Below are positions 55,880 to 63,926 of a stretch of 64,000 nucleotides of DNA, piece by piece (within the stretch, counting starts at the first letter, position 1; every line of letters begins with the position of its first letter). The notes beneath the pieces were generated by a model. It searched no databases, had not been told where the DNA came from, and saw only the letters and a program-made list of their open reading frames with translations. The DNA lies in the IMG/VR virus record IMGVR_UViG_3300027668_000008, positions 242,715-306,714 of that record; one strand, written 5' to 3'. A program made the position numbers and the translations under genes.

Positions 55880-56567
55880 CTTTGTAGACGATAATGATTT
55901 ATTTGGTCGTATCGGTTTACTTACAGGCGATACATTATTCAACGACTTGCGTAAAGCGAGTGATAACTTAAACGCAGACTTTACCGATGCGTTAAGTTGG
56001 GGACAATTAAAAAGCAAACGTTGGTTAGTAGACGAGCTAGTTCGTACAGGTGAAGAATTAAGAACTGTATTTGTCTTAGGAGGATGGTACGGTACGTTAA
56101 GTGCTATGTTGTTTAATACTAATATGGTTATTCATTACATAAGAAGTTTTGATATAGACGAAGGATGTCAACCTATTGCTGATGCAGTTAATAATACCCA
56201 TGTACAAAACAACTGGAGATTCAAAGCAGTTATAGAAGATATGCATAATATAAACTATGACGCACACACTTGGAGTTGTTGGAGTACTAAAAATAATCGT
56301 TTAAGTTTTCCAACTACAGATAGACCCAATACAATTATCAATACCAGTTGTGAGCATATAGAAAACTTTAGTGAATGGTATGCAAAAATGCCTAAAGGTA
56401 AATTACTTGTATTGCAAAATAATAATTACAGTGAATTAGAAGAACACATTAATTGTGTTAACAGTGTAGAAGAGTTTGCTGAACAAACACCTATGAAGAA
56501 TGTTTTATTCTCAGGTGAACTAGACGTAGGCAAATACAAAAGGTATATGCGAATTGGAATTAGATAA
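55860..56567 (+). CDS. Class I SAM-dependent methyltransferase-like protein
   Basis: VFVLGGWYG motif I, SFDID motif II, INTSCEH. Confidence 0.65.
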   Translation: MNKKQINFVDDNDLFGRIGLLTGDTLFNDLRKASDNLNADFTDALSWGQLKSKRWLVDELVRTGEELRTVFVLGGWYGTLSAMLFNTNMVIHYIRSFDIDEGCQPIADAVNNTHVQNNWRFKAVIEDMHNINYDAHTWSCWSTKNNRLSFPTTDRPNTIINTSCEHIENFSEWYAKMPKGKLLVLQNNNYSELEEHINCVNSVEEFAEQTPMKNVLFSGELDVGKYKRYMRIGIR

Positions 56568-56775
56568 ATTATCTATTAGAGAACTACAGACAGAATCCGC
56601 TAGGGCTCTGGCTACTATGGATGCTACAAGTGTAAACATTCATCAGTTCAATAAACAAGCACATCATAATAGTTGGAACTGGTACAAAGCAGTTATCAAT
56701 TGGTATGTAGAACAATACGGCGACTTGCCTAGCAAGGTTGGCCCGGGTATGAAAGTCGAACTTAAATGTCAATAA
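56554..56775 (+). CDS. Hypothetical protein
   Basis: Overlaps both neighbours; TTG start. Confidence 0.5.
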   Translation: MELDKLSIRELQTESARALATMDATSVNIHQFNKQAHHNSWNWYKAVINWYVEQYGDLPSKVGPGMKVELKCQ

Positions 56776-56993
56776 AAATAATAAAATATGCTAGTGCCTG
56801 TTTTATTTTATTAGCAATGGTATTTCATGTTGCAGGTATTACACCTTGGAACAGTATACTACAAATGATAGGAGCAAGTGGTTGGATATATGTAGGCTAC
56901 AAATGGAAAGAGAAGGCTCTTATACTTAACTTCCTTCCACAATTTTTTATAATTATTCCAATGTTAATTTGGATATACTGGATAGCACAATGA
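56766..56993 (+). CDS. Small membrane protein
   Basis: Three hydrophobic segments; W.YVG..W pattern resembling 38785. Confidence 0.6.
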   Translation: MSIKIIKYASACFILLAMVFHVAGITPWNSILQMIGASGWIYVGYKWKEKALILNFLPQFFIIIPMLIWIYWIAQ

Positions 56994-57736
56994 AGATAAC
57001 AATAGCAGGATTTGGATATGTAGGTAAAGCAGTTGATATGTTCTTAAAACAATATCATACAACTCATGTAGTAGACCCAGCATTTAGATTAGATAAGTTG
57101 ACAGACATTAAACCAGATGCTATAATAATATGTGTAAGTACACCCCAAGGTGAAGATGGTAGTTGTGATGTTAGTAACGTATTAGATGTTTTAAATGACG
57201 TAAACAAACACACTCCTGTTTTAATTAAGAGTACAATTAGTCACGAAGGGTGGCTAACAATTAAAGAAGCACACCCGGACAAACAGATATGTTTTAGTCC
57301 AGAGTTTTTAAGAGCCAAGACTGCAAATCAAGACTTCGCAGGCATGGACATAATGTATCTAAGTAACGAACACTCTGTGTTCTGGTGTAACTTATTTTAT
57401 GCAATAAGACCTGACTTAACTTTTAAAGTTGGAACAGTAGAAGAATTAATAATTACAAAGTATATGCGTAATAGTTTCCTAGCAACTAAGGTTAACTTCT
57501 TTAATCAAGCATTTGATTTATGCCAGGCACTAGGCATTAACTTTGAAACTGTCAGACAATTTGTAACTGACGATAGTCGTATTGGAAGTGGACACACCAA
57601 AGTAACTGAAGACAGAGGATTCGGTGGGCATTGTTTTCCTAAAGATACAAACGCAATAATCAAAACTGCACAATTCAAAGGAGTTGATTTAAGTATCATC
57701 AGAGAAGCAGTAGAGTACAACAATAGGATCAAGTAA
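56990..57736 (+). CDS. UDP-glucose 6-dehydrogenase family protein lacking the C-terminal domain
   Basis: GFGYVG, CVSTP, IKST, SPEFLR, KY.RN.FLA.KV.FFN, D.RIG, GFGGHCFPKD; start ATG 56990. Confidence 0.85.
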   Translation: MKITIAGFGYVGKAVDMFLKQYHTTHVVDPAFRLDKLTDIKPDAIIICVSTPQGEDGSCDVSNVLDVLNDVNKHTPVLIKSTISHEGWLTIKEAHPDKQICFSPEFLRAKTANQDFAGMDIMYLSNEHSVFWCNLFYAIRPDLTFKVGTVEELIITKYMRNSFLATKVNFFNQAFDLCQALGINFETVRQFVTDDSRIGSGHTKVTEDRGFGGHCFPKDTNAIIKTAQFKGVDLSIIREAVEYNNRIK

Positions 57737-57737
57737 T

Positions 57738-58064
57738 ATGCTAGTAAATATAAATGACATTGGTGGATTAGTTATTAAAGACAATGAAACTTATACACTA
57801 AAAGACAATACTACATTAAATAATTTAGTTGTTAGTTCAACTGACTTAAAGCCTTATAAAAGCACTAACGGACATAGCCATGCAGGACAAGAAGAAGTAT
57901 ATTACTTTGTAAAAGGTTCGGGCACTATGTTCTTAAACAATGTACCTCGCTTTGTAACTGCAGGTGACGTTGTATTAATTGAAGATGGAGTACATCACAG
58001 AGTAACTTGCGGTCCTGAAGGACTATACTTTGTTTGTGTGTTCGACGGAAAGCGAAACCACTAA
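57738..58064 (+). CDS. Cupin-fold protein (sugar isomerase-like)
   Basis: GHSHAGQEEVYYFVKGSG...GDVVLIEDGVHH. Confidence 0.8.
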   Translation: MLVNINDIGGLVIKDNETYTLKDNTTLNNLVVSSTDLKPYKSTNGHSHAGQEEVYYFVKGSGTMFLNNVPRFVTAGDVVLIEDGVHHRVTCGPEGLYFVCVFDGKRNH

Positions 58065-58228
58065 TGTTTAAATGGTACGACTACTTGAGCATTTACTGGC
58101 ACAGTAAATTATTACACACAGGAATAGTAATGTGGATGCATGGTAGTTGGTCAGGTTTGCCTATAGTGATTAGTACATGGTGGACTTGGAGAGTATACGA
58201 AGAAGTAAGAAGGAAATCACTATTATGA
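58064..58228 (+). CDS. Small Trp-rich hydrophobic protein
   Basis: TAATG and ATGA coupling on either side. Confidence 0.5.
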   Translation: MFKWYDYLSIYWHSKLLHTGIVMWMHGSWSGLPIVISTWWTWRVYEEVRRKSLL

Positions 58229-58668
58229 AAACAGGAATAACATTTAGTACATTTGATTTACTACACGCAGGTCATGTTGCAATGCTTCGTGATGCTAAAC
58301 AGCAATGCGATTATCTTATTGTAGGCTTACAAAGTGATCCAACACTTGATAGATTTACTAAAAACAAACCTACACAAACAATGTTTGAAAGATACCTACA
58401 ACTTAAATCAGTTAAATATATTGACGAAGTAATTCCGTATCAAACTGAACAAGACGTAGAAGACATTCTCGAAACATTAACACCCAACATACGAATTATT
58501 GGCGAAGAGTATAAAGAAATGGACTTCACTGGTAGAGATATTTGCAAACGGTTGGACATTATGTTATACTTTAATAAACGAGAACACAGGTTCAGTACAA
58601 CTGACTTGCGTGATAGAGTATGCACGGCACAACAACAACGGGAAGAATACCCTTTCGATATTAAATAG
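58225..58668 (+). CDS. Cytidylyltransferase, glycerol-3-phosphate cytidylyltransferase (TagD)-like
   Basis: FDLLHAGH (HxGH), ER, R.HRFSTT; start ATG 58225. Confidence 0.85.
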   Translation: MKTGITFSTFDLLHAGHVAMLRDAKQQCDYLIVGLQSDPTLDRFTKNKPTQTMFERYLQLKSVKYIDEVIPYQTEQDVEDILETLTPNIRIIGEEYKEMDFTGRDICKRLDIMLYFNKREHRFSTTDLRDRVCTAQQQREEYPFDIK

Positions 58669-58677
58669 GAAACATAA

Positions 58678-59763
58678 GTGTATAAGATAACAGACATAGA
58701 CACAGTGCATTTAGAGATTACGCAGAAGTGTCAAGCGGCTTGTCCTATGTGTGACCGTAACATGAACGGAGAAGGCATTAACCCTCATATTAATTTAGAT
58801 GAGTTAACACTAGAAGATGTTAAAAAGATATTTACTATTGATTTTGTTAAGCAACTAAAGTCAATGTTTATGTGTGGCAACTTAGGTGATCCTATTGTTG
58901 CTACTGATACACTTGAAGTATTTAAATACTTTAGAGAACACAATCCAGACATTTGGTTAAGTATGAATACAAATGCAGGAGCACAAAAGGAACAATGGTG
59001 GCAGGAGTTAGCACAAGTGTTTGCTAATAAAGGTCATGTTATCTTTAGTGTGGACGGATTAAAAGACACAAACCATTTATACAGACAAGGTGTTAGTTGG
59101 AATATTGTTGAACGCAGTATGAGAAGTTTCATTAGTGCAGGCGGTAAAGCACGTTGGGACTTTTTAATATTCGAACATAACCAACATCAAGTAGACGAAG
59201 CACGGGCCATGGCAGAGAGTATTGGCTTTGAAAGTTTTGTTAGTAAGAAGACAGGACGATTTGTAACTGCAACTACTGAAAAGAAAGACGAACACCAAGC
59301 AAAGAATCGAAAGGGCGAAGACAGTACAGCACTAAAGAAACCTGACGATAAATATTTGAACAACGCATTAAAACAACAAGACGACTTAGTCAACAAACAC
59401 GGTAGTATGGATCAGTATTATGATACTGCAAAGATTATTTGTAAGGTTTCAAATAAGACTACCCGAAGTTTATATATTAGTGCCGAAGGGCTGGCACTTC
59501 CTTGTTGCTGGACTGCTGGACGTATGTACAAGTGGTGGCATAAAGATCCTAAAAAGGAAGAACCTATTTGGGACTTCATTGAACGTGCAGGTGGCAAAGA
59601 TAAAGTAGATGCCAGGCACGGGTTAAGCAAAGTGTTTGACACAGGTATATTCAACGACATCGCTAACAGTTGGAGTAAGCCAAGTTGCAAAGATGGGAAG
59701 TTAAAAGTTTGTGCTATGAAGTGCGGAGCAGAGTTCGATCCATTTGCGGAGCAGTTTAAGTAA
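58678..59763 (+). CDS. Radical SAM enzyme with C-terminal SPASM/twitch-like domain
   Basis: CQAACPMC, CGNLGDP, FSVDG; C-terminal C..PCC...C...C. Confidence 0.85.
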   Translation: MYKITDIDTVHLEITQKCQAACPMCDRNMNGEGINPHINLDELTLEDVKKIFTIDFVKQLKSMFMCGNLGDPIVATDTLEVFKYFREHNPDIWLSMNTNAGAQKEQWWQELAQVFANKGHVIFSVDGLKDTNHLYRQGVSWNIVERSMRSFISAGGKARWDFLIFEHNQHQVDEARAMAESIGFESFVSKKTGRFVTATTEKKDEHQAKNRKGEDSTALKKPDDKYLNNALKQQDDLVNKHGSMDQYYDTAKIICKVSNKTTRSLYISAEGLALPCCWTAGRMYKWWHKDPKKEEPIWDFIERAGGKDKVDARHGLSKVFDTGIFNDIANSWSKPSCKDGKLKVCAMKCGAEFDPFAEQFK

Positions 59764-60920
59764 TGAAAAAATTTGTTTATGTAGAAGATATTAAACGTAT
59801 TGAGTTTGGTATTACTAGTCTGTGTAATGCAGGTTGTCCAATGTGTGCAAGACATATTGATGGAACTAGTATTGTTAAACCAGACTTACCTATGCGAAGT
59901 ATATCAATCGATGACTTTATAAAAATTACAGAAGACATAGGTCCACATACAAGAAAGATCAACTGTAACCTTTGTGGTACAATTGGTGATCCTATAGCAC
60001 ACCCGCAGATAGAAAAGATAATTAACTACGGTGCAGAGAACTATAAAGTTGTTACTCTTGACACTAACGGTAGTTTAAGAGATACAAAATTTTGGACTCG
60101 GTTAGGTGAAAAACATCAACAGGTTATTAAACAAGGTAATGGCAGACGAGGTATAGAAGTTAACTTTAGTATAGATGGTTTAGAAGATACTAATCAACTA
60201 TATCGTATTAACACAGACTACAATAAGATTATAGAGAACGCAACAGCATTTATTAACGCAGGTGGCAAGGCTATATGGAAGTTTATTATATTTGAACACA
60301 ATCAACACCAAGTTAACGAAGCAAAACAAAGAGCTGATGATATGGGCTTTACAGAATTCTCGACACTAGTAAGTAGCAGGTTTAGATTAAACACAGGCGA
60401 AGCAGTTAGTGTAGATAGTTATAAGAAGAAAGTGAATGCACCAAGTCGTGAGAAAGTAGAACAAACTCAAGACAAGCAATTCAACCTTAAAGCAAGTGAT
60501 AAGTACAGTAACAAAGAAGTTGCAGACTGGTATATCAAATTTGCTAAACCAGGCAATCAAGAGAAAGAACTAGCAGAAGCAACATATGACATTAACTGTA
60601 AGAGTATTGATAAAGGTTACTTGTACATAGACGAAGTTGCTAGGCTCTGGCCTTGTTGTCACTTTCACGGTGGACTAACAGGACACACGTTTAGAAGGTT
60701 CTGGGCAGACATTGAAAAGCAGTATGGTAAAGACTTTAACAGTTTACGAACAAGCACAATAAACGAACTATTAGATCACGAGTACTTTAAAGAGTATCTT
60801 CCTAATAGTTGGACCAATCCACAAGAATACAAACTTTGTAAGAAGTGTGTTCAAGTGTGTGACAAAAACAAAGGCATGAATAAAGATGCACAACAAAAGG
60901 CATATACGGAACTAAGATGA
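59763..60920 (+). CDS. Radical SAM enzyme with C-terminal SPASM/twitch-like domain, tandem paralogue
   Basis: CNAGCPMC, CGTIGDP, FSIDG, FEHNQHQV shared with the upstream gene, PCC...CVQVC. Confidence 0.85.
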   Translation: MKKFVYVEDIKRIEFGITSLCNAGCPMCARHIDGTSIVKPDLPMRSISIDDFIKITEDIGPHTRKINCNLCGTIGDPIAHPQIEKIINYGAENYKVVTLDTNGSLRDTKFWTRLGEKHQQVIKQGNGRRGIEVNFSIDGLEDTNQLYRINTDYNKIIENATAFINAGGKAIWKFIIFEHNQHQVNEAKQRADDMGFTEFSTLVSSRFRLNTGEAVSVDSYKKKVNAPSREKVEQTQDKQFNLKASDKYSNKEVADWYIKFAKPGNQEKELAEATYDINCKSIDKGYLYIDEVARLWPCCHFHGGLTGHTFRRFWADIEKQYGKDFNSLRTSTINELLDHEYFKEYLPNSWTNPQEYKLCKKCVQVCDKNKGMNKDAQQKAYTELR

Positions 60921-62338
60921 AAAATAAATTACCAAGTAAAACATTTTGTGCTCTACCATGGATGCACTTGTCAAGTAGACCTAACGGACATATGAGAGTA
61001 TGTTGTACTGCTAATGCTAGTAGTGTGCAAAGTGCAGACTCGAGTATTAAAGCAGGAGGTGGCGAAGTTGGCGTACTAAAGAACGACGATGGTAAACCAG
61101 CAAACTTTAATACCACAAGTTTAAAGGAAGCATGGAACAATAGTTATATGCGTAATGTAAGACTGCAAATGCTTGCCGGTGAAAAGCCTGCTAGTTGTTT
61201 AAAATGTTTTAAGGAAGAAGATGCCGGACACGCCAGCAAACGTATGTGGGAAACAGAGTACTGGGGTAATAGATTTAACCTAGAAGAGATTGTTGCAGAG
61301 ACAACAGCAGATGGTAGTGTACCTCCTAAGATTCGTTACATTGATTTGCGTATGGGTAGCAAGTGTCAACTTGGTTGTGTTATGTGTAGTCCACATGATA
61401 GTAGTGGCTGGGTTAAGGATTGGAAGAAGATGTATCCTACACTAGAGAATGCTAAACTTAAAAACAGTATGCAATGGGATAGTAAAGGACAAGTAGACGG
61501 TGCTACATACAATTGGCATATGAAGAACCCAAAGTTTTGGGAAGAGTTGTATGAACAAATTCCACATATGTATCAGTTATACTTCGCAGGCGGTGAAAGT
61601 ACTGTTATCGAAGAACACTACACACTGTTAGAAGAAGTTGTACGCAGAGGATACGCACATAAAATTGAATTACGTTACAACAGTAACGGAGTAGAGATGC
61701 CACAAAGACTATTTGACTTATGGGACAAGTTTAAACGTGTTCGTTTTCATTATAGTATTGATGCGGCAGGTGAACAAAATGATTATATTCGTTACCCTAG
61801 TGTATGGGAACACCAAGTAAAACAATTTCATTTACTAGATAACACTGGACCTAATGTAGAAGTTACTACTGCTACAACTATAATGGCATTAAACATTTAT
61901 TATATTCCAGAGTTTCTTAAATGGAAACTAGCACAAAACTTTAAAAAGATTAATATATGGCCCTTAGGAGCAGGAGGTATTAATATGCACTTTGCTTATT
62001 GGCCACCACAACTAAATGTTAAAGTATTACCACTCGAGTTTAAAGCAGAAGTTACACGCAAGTATAAAGAAGAGTTTATTCCTTGGATGAAAGAAAACTG
62101 GCAACAGTTTACTGGAGTTGAACAAGCAGGTGTTGATTATGATACTTGGTTAGACAGTACATACGGAGTTAAACGTTTTGAGAATCTAGTTAACTTTATG
62201 AATGCAGAGGACTGGAGTGAACGTTTACCTGAGATGAAAGAATGGGTAGAGAAACTAGAACAGCATCGTGGACAAGACTTTGCTAAAGCATTTCCTGATA
62301 TGGTTAACATATTCGACAGCATAGAACATAAGGAGTAA
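60917..62338 (+). CDS. Radical SAM enzyme with N-terminal twitch-like domain
   Basis: FCALPW..VCC...CLKC, CQLGCVMC, AGGE, SID, YIRYP. Confidence 0.85.
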   Translation: MKNKLPSKTFCALPWMHLSSRPNGHMRVCCTANASSVQSADSSIKAGGGEVGVLKNDDGKPANFNTTSLKEAWNNSYMRNVRLQMLAGEKPASCLKCFKEEDAGHASKRMWETEYWGNRFNLEEIVAETTADGSVPPKIRYIDLRMGSKCQLGCVMCSPHDSSGWVKDWKKMYPTLENAKLKNSMQWDSKGQVDGATYNWHMKNPKFWEELYEQIPHMYQLYFAGGESTVIEEHYTLLEEVVRRGYAHKIELRYNSNGVEMPQRLFDLWDKFKRVRFHYSIDAAGEQNDYIRYPSVWEHQVKQFHLLDNTGPNVEVTTATTIMALNIYYIPEFLKWKLAQNFKKINIWPLGAGGINMHFAYWPPQLNVKVLPLEFKAEVTRKYKEEFIPWMKENWQQFTGVEQAGVDYDTWLDSTYGVKRFENLVNFMNAEDWSERLPEMKEWVEKLEQHRGQDFAKAFPDMVNIFDSIEHKE

Positions 62339-62544
62339 TCTAAGTTGATAAAACAAGGATTCATTAAGGCAATAGTAGTACTAGTACCAACGTACTTAAC
62401 AGCCTACATAACTGACAAAATGATATATGTTATACCAATGTTAGCCGCAGTATCTTTTATTGCCGCTGGTTTATTTCCAATTACAGATAAACGAAGAATA
62501 GACGACGACAGTTATTCAAAAGACATAGAACATAAAGAGTAATC
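62320..62544 (+). repeat. 21-bp direct repeat (62320-62340 and 62524-62544)
   Basis: CATAGAACATAAGGAGTAATC vs CATAGAACATAAAGAGTAATC, one mismatch. Confidence 0.85.
62345..62542 (+). CDS. Small two-helix membrane protein
   Basis: Two hydrophobic segments; GGAG RBS supplied by the first repeat copy; TTG start. Confidence 0.55.
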   Translation: MIKQGFIKAIVVLVPTYLTAYITDKMIYVIPMLAAVSFIAAGLFPITDKRRIDDDSYSKDIEHKE

Positions 62545-62548
62545 CAAC

Positions 62549-62668
62549 ATGAAAGAAATAGATTTAATTGCAGTGGGCATTGCTATGGCAATTATAGTTA
62601 TAGTACTAGTAATGGGTATAGCAAGTTTTGTACAGGATATAATATCATATTCGGATATAATGCTATGA
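62549..62668 (+). CDS. 39-aa single-helix membrane micro-protein (not in ORF track)
   Basis: MKEIDLIAVGIAMAIIVIVLVMGIASFVQDIISYSDIML; ATGA overlap with the next gene. Confidence 0.5.
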   Translation: MKEIDLIAVGIAMAIIVIVLVMGIASFVQDIISYSDIML

Positions 62669-62886
62669 AAACACAAGACGATATTGATGCATTTAACAAA
62701 CGCAACAATCCAATAGCAGATAGACGCATACGAGATAAACGTATTAATAGATTTGAAGTAATTGATGAAACAGGTAGAGTTATAGTCAAGCATGGAGTAA
62801 GTGTTGAACTGAACTATCAAGACGATGGGCAAACATTAAAAGTGTTTCTAAAGGATATTAAACTTAGAGGTCATCATGAAAGTTAA
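62665..62886 (+). CDS. Hypothetical phage protein
   Basis: RFEVIDETGR...QDDGQTLKVF; coupled to neighbours. Confidence 0.6.
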   Translation: MKTQDDIDAFNKRNNPIADRRIRDKRINRFEVIDETGRVIVKHGVSVELNYQDDGQTLKVFLKDIKLRGHHES

Positions 62887-63403
62887 AATAGGCACATACC
62901 CAACACACAGGTTTTATCATAACTGGTTGTACAACTTGTTTGGTTACAGTACACAACAACATATTAAAGTTAAAATAGATCCATGGGACACATGGAGTAT
63001 GGATCATACCCTTGCTCCTATCATTCACCCTATGTTGGTTCAATTAAAAGAAACTAAACATGGTGCTCCAAATGTAGACACTGCTGATGTACCCAAAGAA
63101 CTTCGTGCTACTAAAAAACAACTAGACGCATATGGTAAAAAGGGTGATGTTGATCCTCATTACTTTAAGCGTTGGGATTGGGTATTAGACGAAATGATCT
63201 GGGCGTTTGAACAGAAGTGTCGTGATGATTGGGCAGGTGACTATTACGAGTATAGAGAACTAGGTCCGGAAGAAGACAAAGGCGACAATCTATTTGGATT
63301 GAAACTTGTATGGGAAGACCGTGAAGGACAACAAGCACATCAACTACGAATGACCAACGGGTTTAAACTATTTGGAAAGTACTATCAGAACCTATGGGAT
63401 TAA
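62876..63403 (+). CDS. Conserved hypothetical phage protein
   Basis: IDPWDTWSMDHTLA.II.PML.QLK..KHG...W.WVLDEMIWAF...GF.LFGKYY..LWD. Confidence 0.7.
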   Translation: MKVKIGTYPTHRFYHNWLYNLFGYSTQQHIKVKIDPWDTWSMDHTLAPIIHPMLVQLKETKHGAPNVDTADVPKELRATKKQLDAYGKKGDVDPHYFKRWDWVLDEMIWAFEQKCRDDWAGDYYEYRELGPEEDKGDNLFGLKLVWEDREGQQAHQLRMTNGFKLFGKYYQNLWD

Positions 63404-63509
63404 ATTGGGGCGGAGTACACTGCTGGTCTGTCTGACGAAGACGTCGGTAAAGCCATTTTTAACGAATGTAATACAACCATTTAAAACACTTTAAACAAAG
63501 GAGAAAGAT

Positions 63510-63692
63510 ATGAAACTGAGAACAACAAAAATAATTGAAACTACTAGTTATGCTGTAGAGCTGTGGGAAAATGGTGTACTACTTGAAACTCGCAGTTGTA
63601 CTAACCACAGTCGTGCTTATGCTGAAAGTATTGAGGAAAACTTTATTAATGGTGTAATTAATCCTGAGCAACTACAACTCCAATTTGATTAA
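63510..63692 (+). CDS. Hypothetical protein
   Basis: AGGAG RBS, 60 aa. Confidence 0.55.
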   Translation: MKLRTTKIIETTSYAVELWENGVLLETRSCTNHSRAYAESIEENFINGVINPEQLQLQFD

Positions 63693-63877
63693 CAAGCATC
63701 AAGGGTGTAGTAAAAACCCATAAAAATTCTGTAGCAAATTTTTTAAAAAGCCCAAGTATAAATTGTATGAAAGTTTTACTAGTGTATGCAGTACTAGAGT
63801 TGTAGTGCAGTATTACATAAACATATTGAAAGTGTTGCTTATAGTATACATTGTACATTATAAGTAACATTCCAAAT

Positions 63878-63926
63878 TATATACAATACTATATAAACAC
63901 AGTATGATATATGCAATACTATATAA
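63878..63926 (+). repeat. 19-bp direct repeat in AT-rich non-coding region
   Basis: TATATACAATACTATATAA (63878-63896) and TATATGCAATACTATATAA (63908-63926). Confidence 0.7.

Noticed and set aside
34794-62338. Captured host O-antigen/capsule operon
   Set aside because: No Wzx/Wzy/Wzz or Kps/ABC export genes; composition and gene packing match the surrounding phage genes, and phage-type micro-genes are interspersed.
63432-63470. Hammerhead ribozyme (CTGACGA core)
   Set aside because: No GAAA after a stem II and no consistent stems I and III.
63878-63926. CRISPR array
   Set aside because: Only two 19-bp copies with an 11-nt gap and no cas genes; no array seen elsewhere in the window.
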